From Heterodontus francisci (Eukaryota), in assembly GCF_036365525.1 (NCBI RefSeq), contig NC_090387.1, forward strand, positions 90,065,691-90,129,690: a stretch of 64,000 bases of DNA, written 5' to 3'. Position 1 is the stretch's first letter. Each line of letters opens with the position of its first letter. Under the pieces are notes generated by a model. It was not told where the DNA came from. It worked only from the letters and a program-made list of their open reading frames with translations, and searched no databases. The translations under genes were made by a program, and so were the position numbers. Below, in pieces: positions 27,466 to 39,749 of the stretch.

Positions 27466-27759
27466 CATGTCTCTATTTTCAGCAATATTCAAGTTCTGTG
27501 CTACCAAATGACAATTTGGTTATGTTTGTTTAGTCTGTCTAATCGTTATAATTATCTGTTTCCTTTAGGCATCAAGCTGGAGTTTTAGTATATAGCAGGA
27601 AAAGGCCAGGAATTTGATCAGTGCTGCTTCAGCTCATCCACAGCAACTTTACAAGAAGTGCGACTAAAACATTGTTTCAGGGATATTTGGATTAACCTTA
27701 AGTACAATAATTATCATGTTACATGAAAAGTGACGGAACCTTCCTGACATACATAAAAT

Positions 27760-29100
27760 GAATAGTGTGTCTCTTCCACCGGGAATTTCCTTGGGAGCAC
27801 TAATGATTGATCACTGCAACTTCAGTGGAAAATCGCCACGAACCTTAGGGAAACTTCATGATCATGGTTTAAAGGTTCCTGCAATTAAAATTCAGTATCT
27901 AGGGGTCTGCAAGTTTTCAGTATCGTTGCCCTTGGAAGAAACAACCGAGCTCTCTTGGAAGTCAAGAAGGCTCCAAGACAAAAGGTCAGATGACCGATGT
28001 TTAGCAGCAATTTGACCCTCTATGAAAGACTGGATAATTCAACACACGGACAAGGTACCTACATCTACTCCACAGCATTTCAGATGATTAAACGGGTCGG
28101 CTGGCTCACTCATGGGATCTGCAATAATACCGTTGTTGTTAGGAAGAGCCATCCTTCCCATTCAACTCCTGCTGGATCGTTAAGTCAAAATTCTAATTGG
28201 CAGAGTCAGGTAAGAGCATAAGAACACAAGAAAATAAGAAATAGGAGCCGGAGTAGGCCATTCAGCCCCTCAAGCCTGCCCCACCATTCAGTAAGATCAT
28301 GACTGATCAGTCACAGGACTCAACTCCTCTTTGGGGCCTGCTCCGCACATCCCTAGACTCCCCGAGATTTCAAAAATCTATCTACTTCCTCCTTAAATAC
28401 ATTTAGTGACGTAGTATCCACACCTCTCTGAGGTAGAGGATTCCAGAGATTCACCGCCCTCTGAGGGAAGAAATACCTTTGCATCTCAGTTTTAAATATG
28501 TGACCCCTTATTCTGTAGCTATGTCCCCTAGTTCGGGATTCCCCCACCAGTGGAAACATATTCTCAACATCTGCCCTGTCAAGCCCCTTAGAATCTGATA
28601 TGTTTCAATAAGATCACCTCCATTTCATCTAAACTCCAATGAATAAAGGACTAACATGTTTAGCTGTTCTTGATAAGACGGCCACTTCATCCCAGGAATC
28701 AGCCTAGTAAACCTTTTCTGAAATGCCTCCAATGCTAGTATATCCTTCCTTAAGCACGGGGACCAAAACTATACGCAGCACTCCAGGTGCAGCCTCACCA
28801 ACACCAAGCAGCGGGAAGTGAACTACTGTGTTGCTTTTATCCAGTTAGACTTCAGGAGGTGTCAATATATTCTGCTGGTTGACTGAAAGAACCAGGAATC
28901 ACTGGAAGAGCTCCAGAACCTGTCCACGTCAGTGAAGCTACCCTGTCGGAATGATAGGAGGAGCTAAACCTGAGGAAAGGGACGCTCTGTCGTCCAGAAT
29001 TCGGAGACAGGTGACACACACACTGCATTGTTACCAAGGAAAAACATTGTGGGATCGTGATGGAGGCAAACATACGTGGAGTACAGAAATAAGTAGTCTA
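27760..29100 (+). mobile_element. Highly decayed Gypsy-like pol remnant, interrupted by a CR1 3' end (-, about 28215-28805)
   Basis: LGKLHDHGLKV..KIQYLG (RT-like) and HCGIV (integrase zinc-binding-like). The CR1 ORF is at 28353-28559. Confidence 0.45.
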
Positions 29101-29410
29101 GGGGCGGCACAGTGGCGCAGTGGTTAGCACCGCAGCCTCACAGCTCGAGGGACCCCGGGTTCAATTCTGGGTACTGCCTGTGCTGAGTTTGCAAATTCTC
29201 CCTGTGACCGCGTGGGTTTTCTCCAAGTGCTCCGGTTTCCTCCCACAGCCAAAAACTTACAGGTGATAAGTAAATTGTCCATTGTAAATTACCCCTAGTG
29301 TAGGTAGGTGGTAGGGTTAGTATAAATGGGTGCTTGTTGGTCGGCACAGACTCGGTGGGCCGAAGGGCCTGTTTCAGTGCTGTATCTCTAAATAACTAAT
29401 AATAAATAAA
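29101..29410 (+). mobile_element. Full-length HE1-like V-SINE
   Basis: A box (tggcgcagtgg), B box (gggttcaattct), V-domain, CR1-derived tail, (taaa)n. Confidence 0.9.
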
Positions 29411-29473
29411 AGTACATTCTTGGAGCCGTTAATGATGATATCTGCCGAGCAACCACTTATGATTGATGGTATA

Positions 29474-31297
29474 AAAACAAGAAATGCTGGAACCATTCAG
29501 CAGGTCTAGCAGCCTCTGTGGAAAGAGAAGCAGAGTTAACGTTTCGGGTCAGTGACCCTTCATCGGAAGTTCCGCCTGGCTGAACTTGTTCTCACATTGA
29601 ACAACTTCTCCTTCAACTCCATGCACTTCCTTCAAGCAAAAGGTGTCGCTATGGGTACCCGCATGGGTCCTAGTTATGCCTGTCTTTTTGTGGGATATGT
29701 CGAGCATTCTTTGTTCCAGTCCTACTCAGGCCCCTCCCCCAACTCTTTTTCCGGTACATTGATGACTGTATCGGTGCCGTTTCCTGCTCCCGCCCCGAAC
29801 TGGAAAACCTTATCAACTTTGCTTCCAATTTCCACCCTTCTCTCACCTTTACATGGTCCATCTCTGACACTTCCCTTCCCTTCCTCGACTTCTCTGTCTC
29901 CATCTCTGGGGATAGGTTGTCTACTAATATCCATTATAAGCCCACCGACTCCCACAGCTATCTCGACTACACTTCTTCACACCCTACCTCCTGTAAGGAC
30001 TCCATTACATTCTCCCAGTTTCTCCGTCTCCGACGCATCTGCTCTGATGATGCTACCTTCCATGACGGTGCTTCTGATATGACCTCCTTTTTCCTCAACC
30101 GAGGATTTCCCCCCACTGTGGTTGACAGGGCCCTCAACCGTGTCTGACCCATTCCCTGCACCCTACACTCACCCCTTCCCCTCCCTCCCACAACCATGAC
30201 AGGGTTCCCCTTGTCCTCACTTTTCACCCCACCAGCCTCCATATCCAAAGGATCATCCTCCGCCATTTCCGCCACCTCCAGCGTGATGCCACTACCAGTT
30301 GCATCTTCCCCTCCCTTCCCCTGTCAGCATTCCGAAGGGATCATTCCCTCCGCGACACCCTGGTCCACTCCTCCATTACCCCCACCAACCCATCCCCGTC
30401 CCATGGCACCTTCCCCTGCAATCGCAGGAGGTGCAATACCTGCCCATTTACCTCCTCTCTCCTCACTATCCCAGGCCCCAAACACTCCTTTCAGGTGAAG
30501 CAGCGATTTACTTGTACTTCTTTCAATGTAGTATACTGTATTCGCTGCTCACAGTGTGGTCTCCTCTACATTGGGGAGGCTAAGCGCAGACTGCGTGACC
30601 GCTTTGTGGAACATCTCTGCTCAGTCCGCAAGCAGAACCCCGAGCTTCCCATTGCTTGCCATTTCAACATTCCTCCCCCCCACCCCATCCCCACCCGCTC
30701 TCATGCTCACATATCTGTCCTGGGATTGCTGCAGTGTTCCAGCGAACATCAACGCAAGCTCGAGGAACAGCATCTCATTTACCGATTAGGCACACTACAG
30801 CCTGCCGGACTGAACATTGCGTTCAATAATTTCAGAGCATGACAGCCCCCCATTTTACTTTCATTTTTAGTTATTTTTTTCTTCCTTTTTTTAACATTCT
30901 TTTTTACATTTTTTACAATCTTTTTTTTTTGCATTTATTTCATTTCATCTTTGTTTGTTCAGTTTGCTTACCCACTGTTTTTTTCAGGTTTGCACTTGCT
31001 GCTGTTCAATATTCAGTGTATTTACACCTAATCTGTACTAATGCTTTGTCTTTCAACACACCATTAACATATTGTTTGCCTTTGCTCTGCGACCTTTTGG
31101 TCAGCTATGTAGCCTGGTCCAATCTAGACCTCCTTTGTTATCTCTTGCCCCACCCCCACCTCACTTGCTTATAACCTGTGACTTTTCTAATATTTGTCAG
31201 TTCCGATGAAGGGTCACTGACCTGAAACGTTAACCCTGCTTCTCTTTCCACAGATGCTGCCAGACCTGCTGAGTGCTTCCAGCATTTCTTGCTTTTA
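29474..31297 (+). mobile_element. Penelope-like retroelement, 5'-truncated (RT + GIY-YIG) with inverted pLTR ends
   Basis: LVLTLNNFSFN..Q.KGVAMGTRMGPSYACLFVG, RYIDD, HYKPTDSHSYL, NVVYCIRC..C.LLYIGE.KR.L.DRF.EH. About 95-bp inverted repeats at 29474-29568 and 31201-31297. Confidence 0.93.
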
Positions 31298-31299
31298 TT

Positions 31300-33499
31300 T
31301 AACATAACTTTCTTCTTTTTGTAATCTATATCCCTCTTAATGAAGACGAGGAAGCTGTATGCTCTATTAACCACGCTCTCAACCTGTCCTGCCACCTTCA
31401 GTGCACCTTATGCACATATAAACTCAGGTCCCTCTGCAGCTGCAACGCTTTTACAATTGCACCCTTTGCTCTATATTGTCTCTCTGTGCTCTTCCTACCA
31501 AAATTAATCACTTCACACTTCTTTGCATTAAATGTCATCTGCCACCTCTCTGCTCATTCCACAACACTGTCTCTGTCCTTTTGAAGTTCCACACTATCCT
31601 CTTCACAATTCACTAAGTTTCCAATTTTCGATTCATCCACAAATTTTTAAATTGTGCCCTGTGCACGAAGGATTAGGTCATTAATATATAGATGGAACAC
31701 TGATCCTTGTGGAATTCCATTACAAACCTTCCTCGAGTCTGAAAAACATCCATTGACCAGTATACTTTGTTTTCTGTCAATCAGACAATTTCGCATCCAT
31801 GTTGCTGCTGTCCCTTTTATTCCATGAGCTATAATTTTGCTCACAAGTCTGTTGTTCGACACTTTATCAAATGTTTTTTAGAAGTCCATGAACACCACAT
31901 CAACAGCATTACCTTGAACAACCTTCTCTGCTACGTCATCTAAAACGTCCAAAAATTTACTTGAATATGATTTGCCCTTCCGAAATCCATCCTGGCTTTC
32001 CTTAATTGACCCGCATTTGTCCAAGTGACAATTAATTTTGTCCCTAATTATCATTTCTAGAAGCTTCCCCACCACTGAGGTTGAACTCACTGGCTTGTAG
32101 TTGCTGGACTTATCTTTACTCCCTGGGTAATAATGTTCTGATTGGGCATAGTCAACATGGATTTATGAATGGGAAATCCTGCTTGACGAACTTGTTGGAG
32201 TTTTTTGACAATGTAACCAACAGAAATGATAAGGGGGAGTCGGTGGACGTAGTATACTTGGATTTCAGAAGACTTTTGATAAGGAACCCCCACAGTTAGC
32301 AAAATTAAAGCACTTGGAACAGGAAGTAATATACTGGCATGGATTAAGGATTGGTTAACAGGCAGAAAACAGAGAGTAGGAATAAACGAGTCATTCTCAC
32401 ATTAGCAGGCTGTGACGAGCAGGTACAGCAAGGATCAGTATTTGGGCCCCAGCTGTTCACAATATATATCAATGAATTGGATGTGGGGACCAAATGTAAT
32501 ATTTCCATGTTCACGTATGACACAAAGTTAGGTGGGAAAGAGTGTTGTGAGGAAGATGCAAAGCGGCTTCAAGGGGGTTGGGACAGACGTAATGAGTGGG
32601 CAAGAACGTGGCAAGTGGAATATAATGTGGAAAAATGTGAGGTTATCCAATTTTGTAGAAAGAATAGATGTGCAGAGTATTTCTTAAATGGCAATGGATT
32701 TGAAAGTGTGGATGTACAAAGGGACTTGGGTGTGCTAGTCAATAAGTTACTGTAAGCTGATATACAGCTGGAGCAAGCAATTAAGAAGGCTAATGGCATG
32801 CTAGCTTTTATCGCAAGAGGAATTGAGTACAGGCATAGTGAGGTTTTACTTCGGTCGTGTAGAACCTTAAGTGGACCGCACATGGAGTGCTGTGTCATAG
32901 AGGGAGTGCAACAAGGGTTCACCATACTTGTTCTCGGATGGCAGGACTGTCCTATGAAGAGAGATTGGTAAAACTGGGCCTTTATTCTCTAGAATTTCGA
33001 GGAATGAGAGGTGATCTCATTGAAACCTACAAAATACTTAAAGGTATGGACAGGGTCGATGCAGGTAAAATGTTTCCCCTGGTTCAGGAGTCTAGAACCA
33101 GGGTACGCAAATTCAAAATAAGGGGGAAGCCACTAAGGACCGACATGAGGAGAAATTTATTTTTTAAATTTTTTTTTTATTTGGAGATACAGCACTGAAA
33201 CAGGCCCTTCAGCCCACCGAGTCTGTGCCGACCAACAACCACTCATTTATACCAATTCTATATTAATCCCATATTCCCTACTACATCCCCACCATTCTCC
33301 TACCAGCTACTTACATTAGGGGCAATTTACAATGGCCAATTTACCTATCAACCTGCAAGTCTTTGGCTGTATTCAGAGAATTGTGAATCTTTGGAATTCT
33401 CTACCCCAGAGGGCTGTGGAAGCTCAGTCATTGAGTATGTTTAAAGTAGAGATTGACAGATTTCTAAATACAAATGACATAAAGGGATATGGGGATAGT

Positions 33500-33530
<31 letters not shown>

Positions 33531-33625
33531 GGAGGCATTGAAGTGAATGATCAGCCGTGATCGTATTGAATGGTGGAGCAGGCTTGATGGACTGAATGGC
33601 TTACTCTTGCTCCGATGTTCCTAGG
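31300..33625. mobile_element. CR1 fragments (- 31300-32090; + 32120-33625) with an HE1-like SINE (-) at about 33180-33370
   Basis: SQHGFMNGKSCLTNLLEFF, QGSVFGPQLFTIYIN, GLSYEERL peptides. Confidence 0.85.
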
Positions 33626-34330
33626 TTCCGGGGGCGTCCGATCGTCGCTTTGACTTGGGCCAGCAACAGGCCCCCGGCTGCAACACGGGAGCGTCGTCAA
33701 TATCAGAGGAAGCCCGAACAGAAATACAAATGGGTCAAAATCAGAGTGGATTGGAGGGATAGGTAGAAGTCCCGCCCTGAAGGAATCTGACCCAAAGCCG
33801 AGAATCCATCTTCTTATGACCCTCTTTACTTGGAGATCTGCATTATCACCGCATTCTTGCTGTGAACCCATCCCGCATGGATAATAAAGACCAAAGGAAG
33901 AAAATACCGGCCTGGTAGGGACCAAGTCATGTGGACGAGGTTAAGCTCAAAATATATTCTTTCTCAAGCGTTCAGACTCATTCCTGTTGACAATGCGACC
34001 CTCCTATCCTATTCCCCATTCCCCCACCCCTTCCTATCTATTACTTCTATATCATACAAACTGCGCCCACCTGGTGATTTCATCAACGTTCTGTGAAACT
34101 GTCACTTCCTTGATATAATTGAGATTAATCACATGTATCCCGACCAATCGGGCTTTGGTTTAACTTCAGATGATGTTCACAGTGCGCCTCTTAAACTCGC
34201 TTACCTTAAGCAGTTTGAGGCACGTGTTACCACAGCTCACCACATCATAAATTAGACCGGATTGTCTCCAAAACAGCATTTCCAAACTATCAGAGCCGCG
34301 GTGGATTGGCAGATCAATAGCCATTGAACA

Positions 34331-34376
34331 ATGTCTATGTGTCAATGCGTGTGGGCCCTGGGGATTATTTACGAAG
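34331..34376 (+). CDS. Candidate proximal leader exon of gene B (MSMCQCVWALGIIYE, phase 1)
   Basis: 46 nt, 190-bp intron to the V exon, upstream Ets (CACTTCCT 34103) and CCAAT (34144) motifs. The donor AAG|gtgttc is weak. Confidence 0.3.
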
Positions 34377-34449
34377 GTGTTCCCTGCAATTATCGGCGCT
34401 GTCTTATTTTTCCTTTTGTTTCTTCCAATCAATCTTCCATTTTTTGGTT

Positions 34450-34450
<1 letters not shown>

Positions 34451-34510
<60 letters not shown>
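34451..34510. repeat. (CTAT)n microsatellite
   Basis: About 15 perfect CTAT units. Confidence 0.97.
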
Positions 34511-34566
34511 GCGTGTCCACATATATTTTATCTATATTTTGTAACTACATGTTTAATATTTTACAG

Positions 34567-34878
34567 TTACTTCCGCTACCGTCTCGCAAACTCCTGAAAG
34601 TACCAATGTGTTGGCCGGTACAGATGTTACTTTTCATTGCAAGGCGAGCTCTGTTCAGAATAATTTAGACGTGCTTGTTTATTGGTGGAGACTTGGCGAC
34701 AATGACTTACTACAATCAGTTTCTGACGGCAGAAAACAATTCTTTCCTTTTAAAAACGGAACGGCTTCCTTTCAGATCCTCAATGTCCGGTTCTTCGACT
34801 CTGGATGCTATTACTGCGGCGTGGGATACACAAGAAACACGATCGTAAATGGAACCGGATCGAAACTTGTCGTGCTCG
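34567..34878 (+). CDS. Gene B: V-set Ig domain exon with germline-joined J-like G strand
   Basis: ttttacag acceptor, G|gtaagc donor, 312 nt phase 1/1. TVSQTP..VTFHC..VYWWR..ASFQILNV..DSGCYYC..NGTGSKLVV. Confidence 0.93.
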
Positions 34879-35679
34879 GTAAGCGGCCTTGGGGAGAGTT
34901 GCGGCTTTTGTCATTATAGAATGGTATATATCGTGTCATACGTTGTTCTGATTATTTAGTGAACTGATCCATAACGTTAATTTATGGAAGAGGAATGGGG
35001 AACATTATTTAAAATCAGCCCCCACACCATATCGCGGTCAGCACGCGCACTATGATATTTTATTTTTATTCATATATATTATTTATAAGTTATCTGACGC
35101 AAGGCTCCAGGACACTATACAGAAGACGGATCTTATGGCAAAAGAGCGGTATGCAGTAGCAGTAAGGACCTTGAATGGCTGGCAAATGAATAGAGAACAA
35201 ATTATATTTTACAACCATAACGCCCTTACGTATGCACTCTACAATTCGATTGAGAAAGCGATGAGTGCCATATGCTTGTCCTGTCACCTTCAAAGATTAT
35301 GGTCACCAGATTAAACAAACTGTTCCGCATGTTAAGTCCTTCGGTGCCCTATCGGTTGAAATTCAATTCATTGATTAGAAGACTGAGTTATTACTGTAAA
35401 AGTAATGATACTGAATATTGCGAGATGCAACCCCATGTCCCTGGGAGAGCTTTCTACATACATGGCTAAACGTTTAGCGAACCCGGACAAAACGTTTACA
35501 ATCTCTAAGTAGTTAAATAAACTCCAGGTAAGCTTACAATTCGGTCGAAGGGACTGTCTTGATCATTTCTGCACACCCGATTTGACACTCGCCTGGAATT
35601 ATGTTGTATGATTATCGAATCCAACCTATGGAATTTGATGTGCTACTCCCTAAACTGAGGTCAGACCAGGTCAATTGTT

Positions 35680-35860
35680 GAAAGCAAAATAGTGCGGATG
35701 CTGGAAATTTGAAATAAAAACAGAAAGTGCTGGATGTACTCAGCAGGTCTGGCTGCAACTGTGGGGAGAGAATGGTCATCTACCAGAAACGTTAACTCTG
35801 TTTATCTCTCCATAGATGCTTCCCGACCTGCTGAGCATTTCCAGCACGATTTGTTTTTAT
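35680..35860. mobile_element. Penelope pLTR-derived inverted-repeat remnant
   Basis: aaaaacagaaagtgctgga..ctcagcaggtc / gacctgctgagcatttccagca..gtttttat hairpin, similar to the ends of the 29474 element. Related pieces at about 16190-16300 and 45770-45870. Confidence 0.75.
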
Positions 35861-36129
35861 ACAGGTCTAATGTTGACCTTGCGATACACCAGGATGGAAG
35901 AAGCTGTGACTGGGCATTCAACTAGTTCCCACTTTTAGCTCCACGCATCATCCCCTCAAACTTCAGTTTCTGTTATTCCCTTCGAATTAAATTTCGAACA
36001 AGTTGTGCTTTTTCTGCTTTAAAACTTTTGAGGGAACATTATTTTTCTCCACTTACAAGTATCGCGGGCGCAAAGTTTCGCTTCTTTGGGCAGTAATAAT
36101 TTCCCCCGTTTTCACAAATTTACAAATCC

Positions 36130-38050
36130 TAGAATCATAGAATGGTTATAGAGTAGAAGGGTACTATTCATCCCTTCGTGTTTGTGCTGGCTCTCTGAAG
36201 GAGCAATTCCCCTAGTGTCACACCCCCGTCTCCCCTGAGCACCACCTCCACATCCGTAGCCCTGCACATTCTTATTTTTCAGATAATAATCCAATTCCCT
36301 CTTGAATGCCTCGAGTGAACCTGCCTCCACCACATTCTCAGGCAGTGAATTCCAGTGCTTGCTTTTCCTCACGTCGTCATTGTTTCTTTGGTCAATTACA
36401 TTAAATCGGTACCCTCTGGTTCTCGATCCTTTCACCAATGGAAGCAGTTTCTCCCTATCTATTCTGTCCTGACCCCTCATGATTTTGAATTCTATCAAAT
36501 CTCTTCTAAACCTTCTCATCTAAGGAAAACAGTCCCAACTTCTCAATCTATCTACGTAACTGAAGTTCCACATCCCTGGAAACATTCTCGTGAATCTTTT
36601 CTGCATTCTTCCTAACACCTTCGAATCCTTCCTAAAGTGTGCTGCCCAGAACTGGACGTAATACTCCAGTTTAGGCCACACCAGTGTTTCATAGAAGTTT
36701 AAGTTCCTTGCTTTTGTACTCTATGCCCCTATTGAGAAAGCCTAGGTTACTATATCCTTAATTAACTCTCAACCTGTCGTTCTATTTTCAATGACTTATG
36801 CATATATACACCCAGGTCCCTCTGCTCCTGCATCCACTTCAGAATTGAACCCTTTGTTTTACAGTGTCTCTATGCATTTCTTCTCCTAAAATGAAACACT
36901 TCAATCTTCGCTGCATTAAATTGCATCTGCCACTTGTCCACCCATTCCACCAAACTTTCGATGTTCTTTTGAACTTCTACACTATCTTCCTCAATGTTCA
37001 TAATGTTTCCAAGTTTTGCACCGTCTGCAAAATTTTGAAATTGTGCTCTGTACACCAAGGTCTAGATCAGGGATCCTAGCACCAACCCCTGGGGAGTTCC
37101 ACGAAAACCTTCCTCCAACCCATTAACAACTACTCTCTGGTTCCTGTCACTCAGACAGTTTTGCGCCCATGTTGCTACCGTCTCTTTTATTCCATGAGCT
37201 ATAACTTTGCTCACATGCCTGTTATGCAGCATTTTATTAAATGCCTTTTGGAAGGCCATGCACACCATTAAAACAAATTTGCCCTCAGCAATCCTCTCTG
37301 TTACCTCATCAAAAAACTAAAGCAAGTTAATTAAACAGAAATTGCCATTAACAAAACCATGCTTTCCTTCCTTAGTTAAACCATATTTGTCCAAGTGACT
37401 GTTAATTTTGTCCCGAATTATTGTTTCTAGAAGCTTTCCCGCCACCAAGGGTAAACTGACTGGCCTGTAGTTATTGGGCTTGTCTTTGCAGCTGTTTTTG
37501 AACAAGCGTGTTATATTTGCAATTCTCCAGTCTTCTGGCATTACTCATGACTCTAGGAAGATTGGAAGATTATGGCCAGTGCCTCTGCAATTTCCACTCT
37601 CACTTCCCTCAGTATCCTTGGAAGCATCTCATCTGGTCCTGGTTTGTTATCAACTGTAAGTACAGGCAGCCTATCCAATAGGTCCTCCTTATCAATTTGA
37701 AATCTTTCAAGCGACTGAACTACTTCTTCTTTCACAATGACCTGCGCAGCATCTTCTTCCTTGGTAAAGACAGATGCAAAGTAATCATTTAATACCTCAG
37801 CTATGCCCCCTGCCGCCATGTGTAAATCCCATTTTGGTCCCTCATCGGGCCCACTCCTCCTTTTAGAACCCGTTTGCTATTTGTATGCCTATAGAAGACT
37901 TTTGGATTCCCTTCTTATGTTAGCTGCCAGTCTCTTCTCATACCCTGCTTCTCTTATTTGCTTTTTCAATTCCCGTCTGAGCCTTCTATATTCAGCCTGG
38001 TTCTCAGTTGTATTATCCTCTTGACATCTGTCATAAGCACAATTTTTCTT
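36130..38050 (-). mobile_element. CR1 LINE fragment in the V-C1 intron
   Basis: PEDWRIANIT.LFK, LNDYFASVFTKE, FAD.AKLG peptides. Confidence 0.85.
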
Positions 38051-38462
38051 CTCCGTGTTAATCCTAACGCGATAGTCTGAATTAATATTACCTGCATAAG
38101 TTTTGGTCATTTACTTAAACATGACAATTATAAAACAGAAGGCAATACTGATGCTAGCGTGTGCTAAGCACACCTAAATGCCTAGACGCACTGAATTACT
38201 TTTTCCAGATACTGCAAAATGGTGCTTATCTGCACATTAGTCTGGACATTTATAGTGAGATTCTTATTGCGGATTGTTAAGGGAAAAAGTGTGTATCAGA
38301 ATTGTCGTAACATCTGAAGAACAGATCCTGAAATTCTGTCAATGATTTATTTTTGTGCCTGTGACCAATAATCAAGTGATTCTATTCAGGCAGACAGTGC
38401 ACCCAACGGGACTAAACTGGCAAAATCTAGACAATCAGTGTGTTCTTTAACATGTTCCACAG

Positions 38463-38771
38463 CATCCCCAGAACCCGTGAGACTGATCCCCAAAGAGTCC
38501 GGAACCAACTCATCTGCTCGAACCCTTGTGTGTGAAACGGCTGAGTTCTATCCGGAGTCTCTCACCTTCACTTGGTATGAAAATGACACCAACATTGTGT
38601 CGGAAATCAGCACCATTAAAAAGCTCAATTCGGAGGGAATGTATGAAGCTTCCAGCATCTTGAGAACGACACAGCCAGCCCAGAGCAGGACTGTGTATAC
38701 GTGCGTGGTGTCTCACCTCACGCTGCAGAGTCCAGCCGTGGCTGTTTACATTGCCTCCAGTTCTAACCCAG
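38463..38771 (+). CDS. Gene B: C1-set Ig domain exon
   Basis: ttccacag acceptor, G|gtgaga donor, 309 nt phase 1/1. TLVCETAEFYPESLTFTW..N.EGMY.ASS.L..YTCVVSH.TL (C1-set signature). Confidence 0.93.
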
Positions 38772-39465
38772 GTGAGATACTGATATTTGTCAGCCACTTA
38801 CTATTATAGATCCGCTTTATTTTCTATCAATCATTTTTGTTTCGGAAATAAAACGAACTTTGCAGGAAGTATATTCACAGATTGATTTAACTTGCGAATC
38901 TGAAAAAGAGATAAAGGAAGCAAACATTTCTCATCCTAAGAATAGAGTGTAATCGTTCAAAAGTAAAATGCATTAGACTAATTTTCATCAGACTCAATTG
39001 CTCTCCATTTAACACAGAGAAACGGAGTACATAGAATGACTTTTTATTCATTTTTTAAAGATTTAAGGTGCCGGTCCAGATCAGCTTCTGCGTCAGCTAT
39101 CCCGGTTTCAGTGCGATAGCAGCCGGGAGTGAAGAATGCGGCTGCAATTTGCATCCTATTGCTCTTAGCAGCAAAGTTCATGTTTGTTGTTTCAATGAAA
39201 ATGCAAAAACGTACATTTTAATCCTGCAATGTAGACGATTTGAGTGCCGTAATCAGCCAAAAGCAAGGATCAATGAAGGTTTATACCATTCACAGTCAGC
39301 GTATGGACGCACTGAAGATATAAATCGTGCAATTAACAGATTATTTTCAATAAACTGGTTGCATAACACTGCATTTAATGAGGAGCTGGTCATTTATTAT
39401 TCCTATTATTAGCCATAATAATCTTGTGATCATGATTTGTAATATCTGTATTGTGATTCTTATAG

Positions 39466-39579
39466 GCCATGGACATGTGCCCCTTTACCTCCTGATTTCT
39501 GGATGTGCAGGAACGTTAGTGATATTTCTAGCCCTCGTTACTTTCATTGGGAAGTGTTGCCAACTCAGTATCCGCAAAG
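39466..39579 (+). CDS. Gene B: transmembrane exon GHGHVPLYLLISGCAGTLVIFLALVTFIGKCCQLSIRK
   Basis: ttcttatag acceptor, G|gtaagg donor, 114 nt phase 1/1. About 23-aa uncharged hydrophobic stretch followed by K/CC/RK. Confidence 0.88.
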
Positions 39580-39749
39580 GTAAGGAGTCAGCGTATGTAG
39601 CTTCCTTGTGATACATTGCTAATGACCAAACAAACAACATGACGCCAGAGAAAATTTTGGGAATTGAACTGTGTTGAGATGTTAAGCAGCTGTAATTAGT
39701 TCCACAATCTGAAACAAATAAATTGTCCAACAGTCAGTCAAATCAACTT

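Noticed and set aside
29101-29175. tRNA gene
   Set aside because: tRNA-derived SINE head continuing into V-domain and LINE tail.
34324-34668. ORFs with SIYL repeats (apparent tyrosine motifs or TM)
   Set aside because: Translation of a (CTAT)n microsatellite in an intron.
34800-34920. Rearranging TCR/Ig V segment with RSS
   Set aside because: No CACAGTG heptamer or nonamer after YYC. The J-like strand and splice donor are in the same exon.
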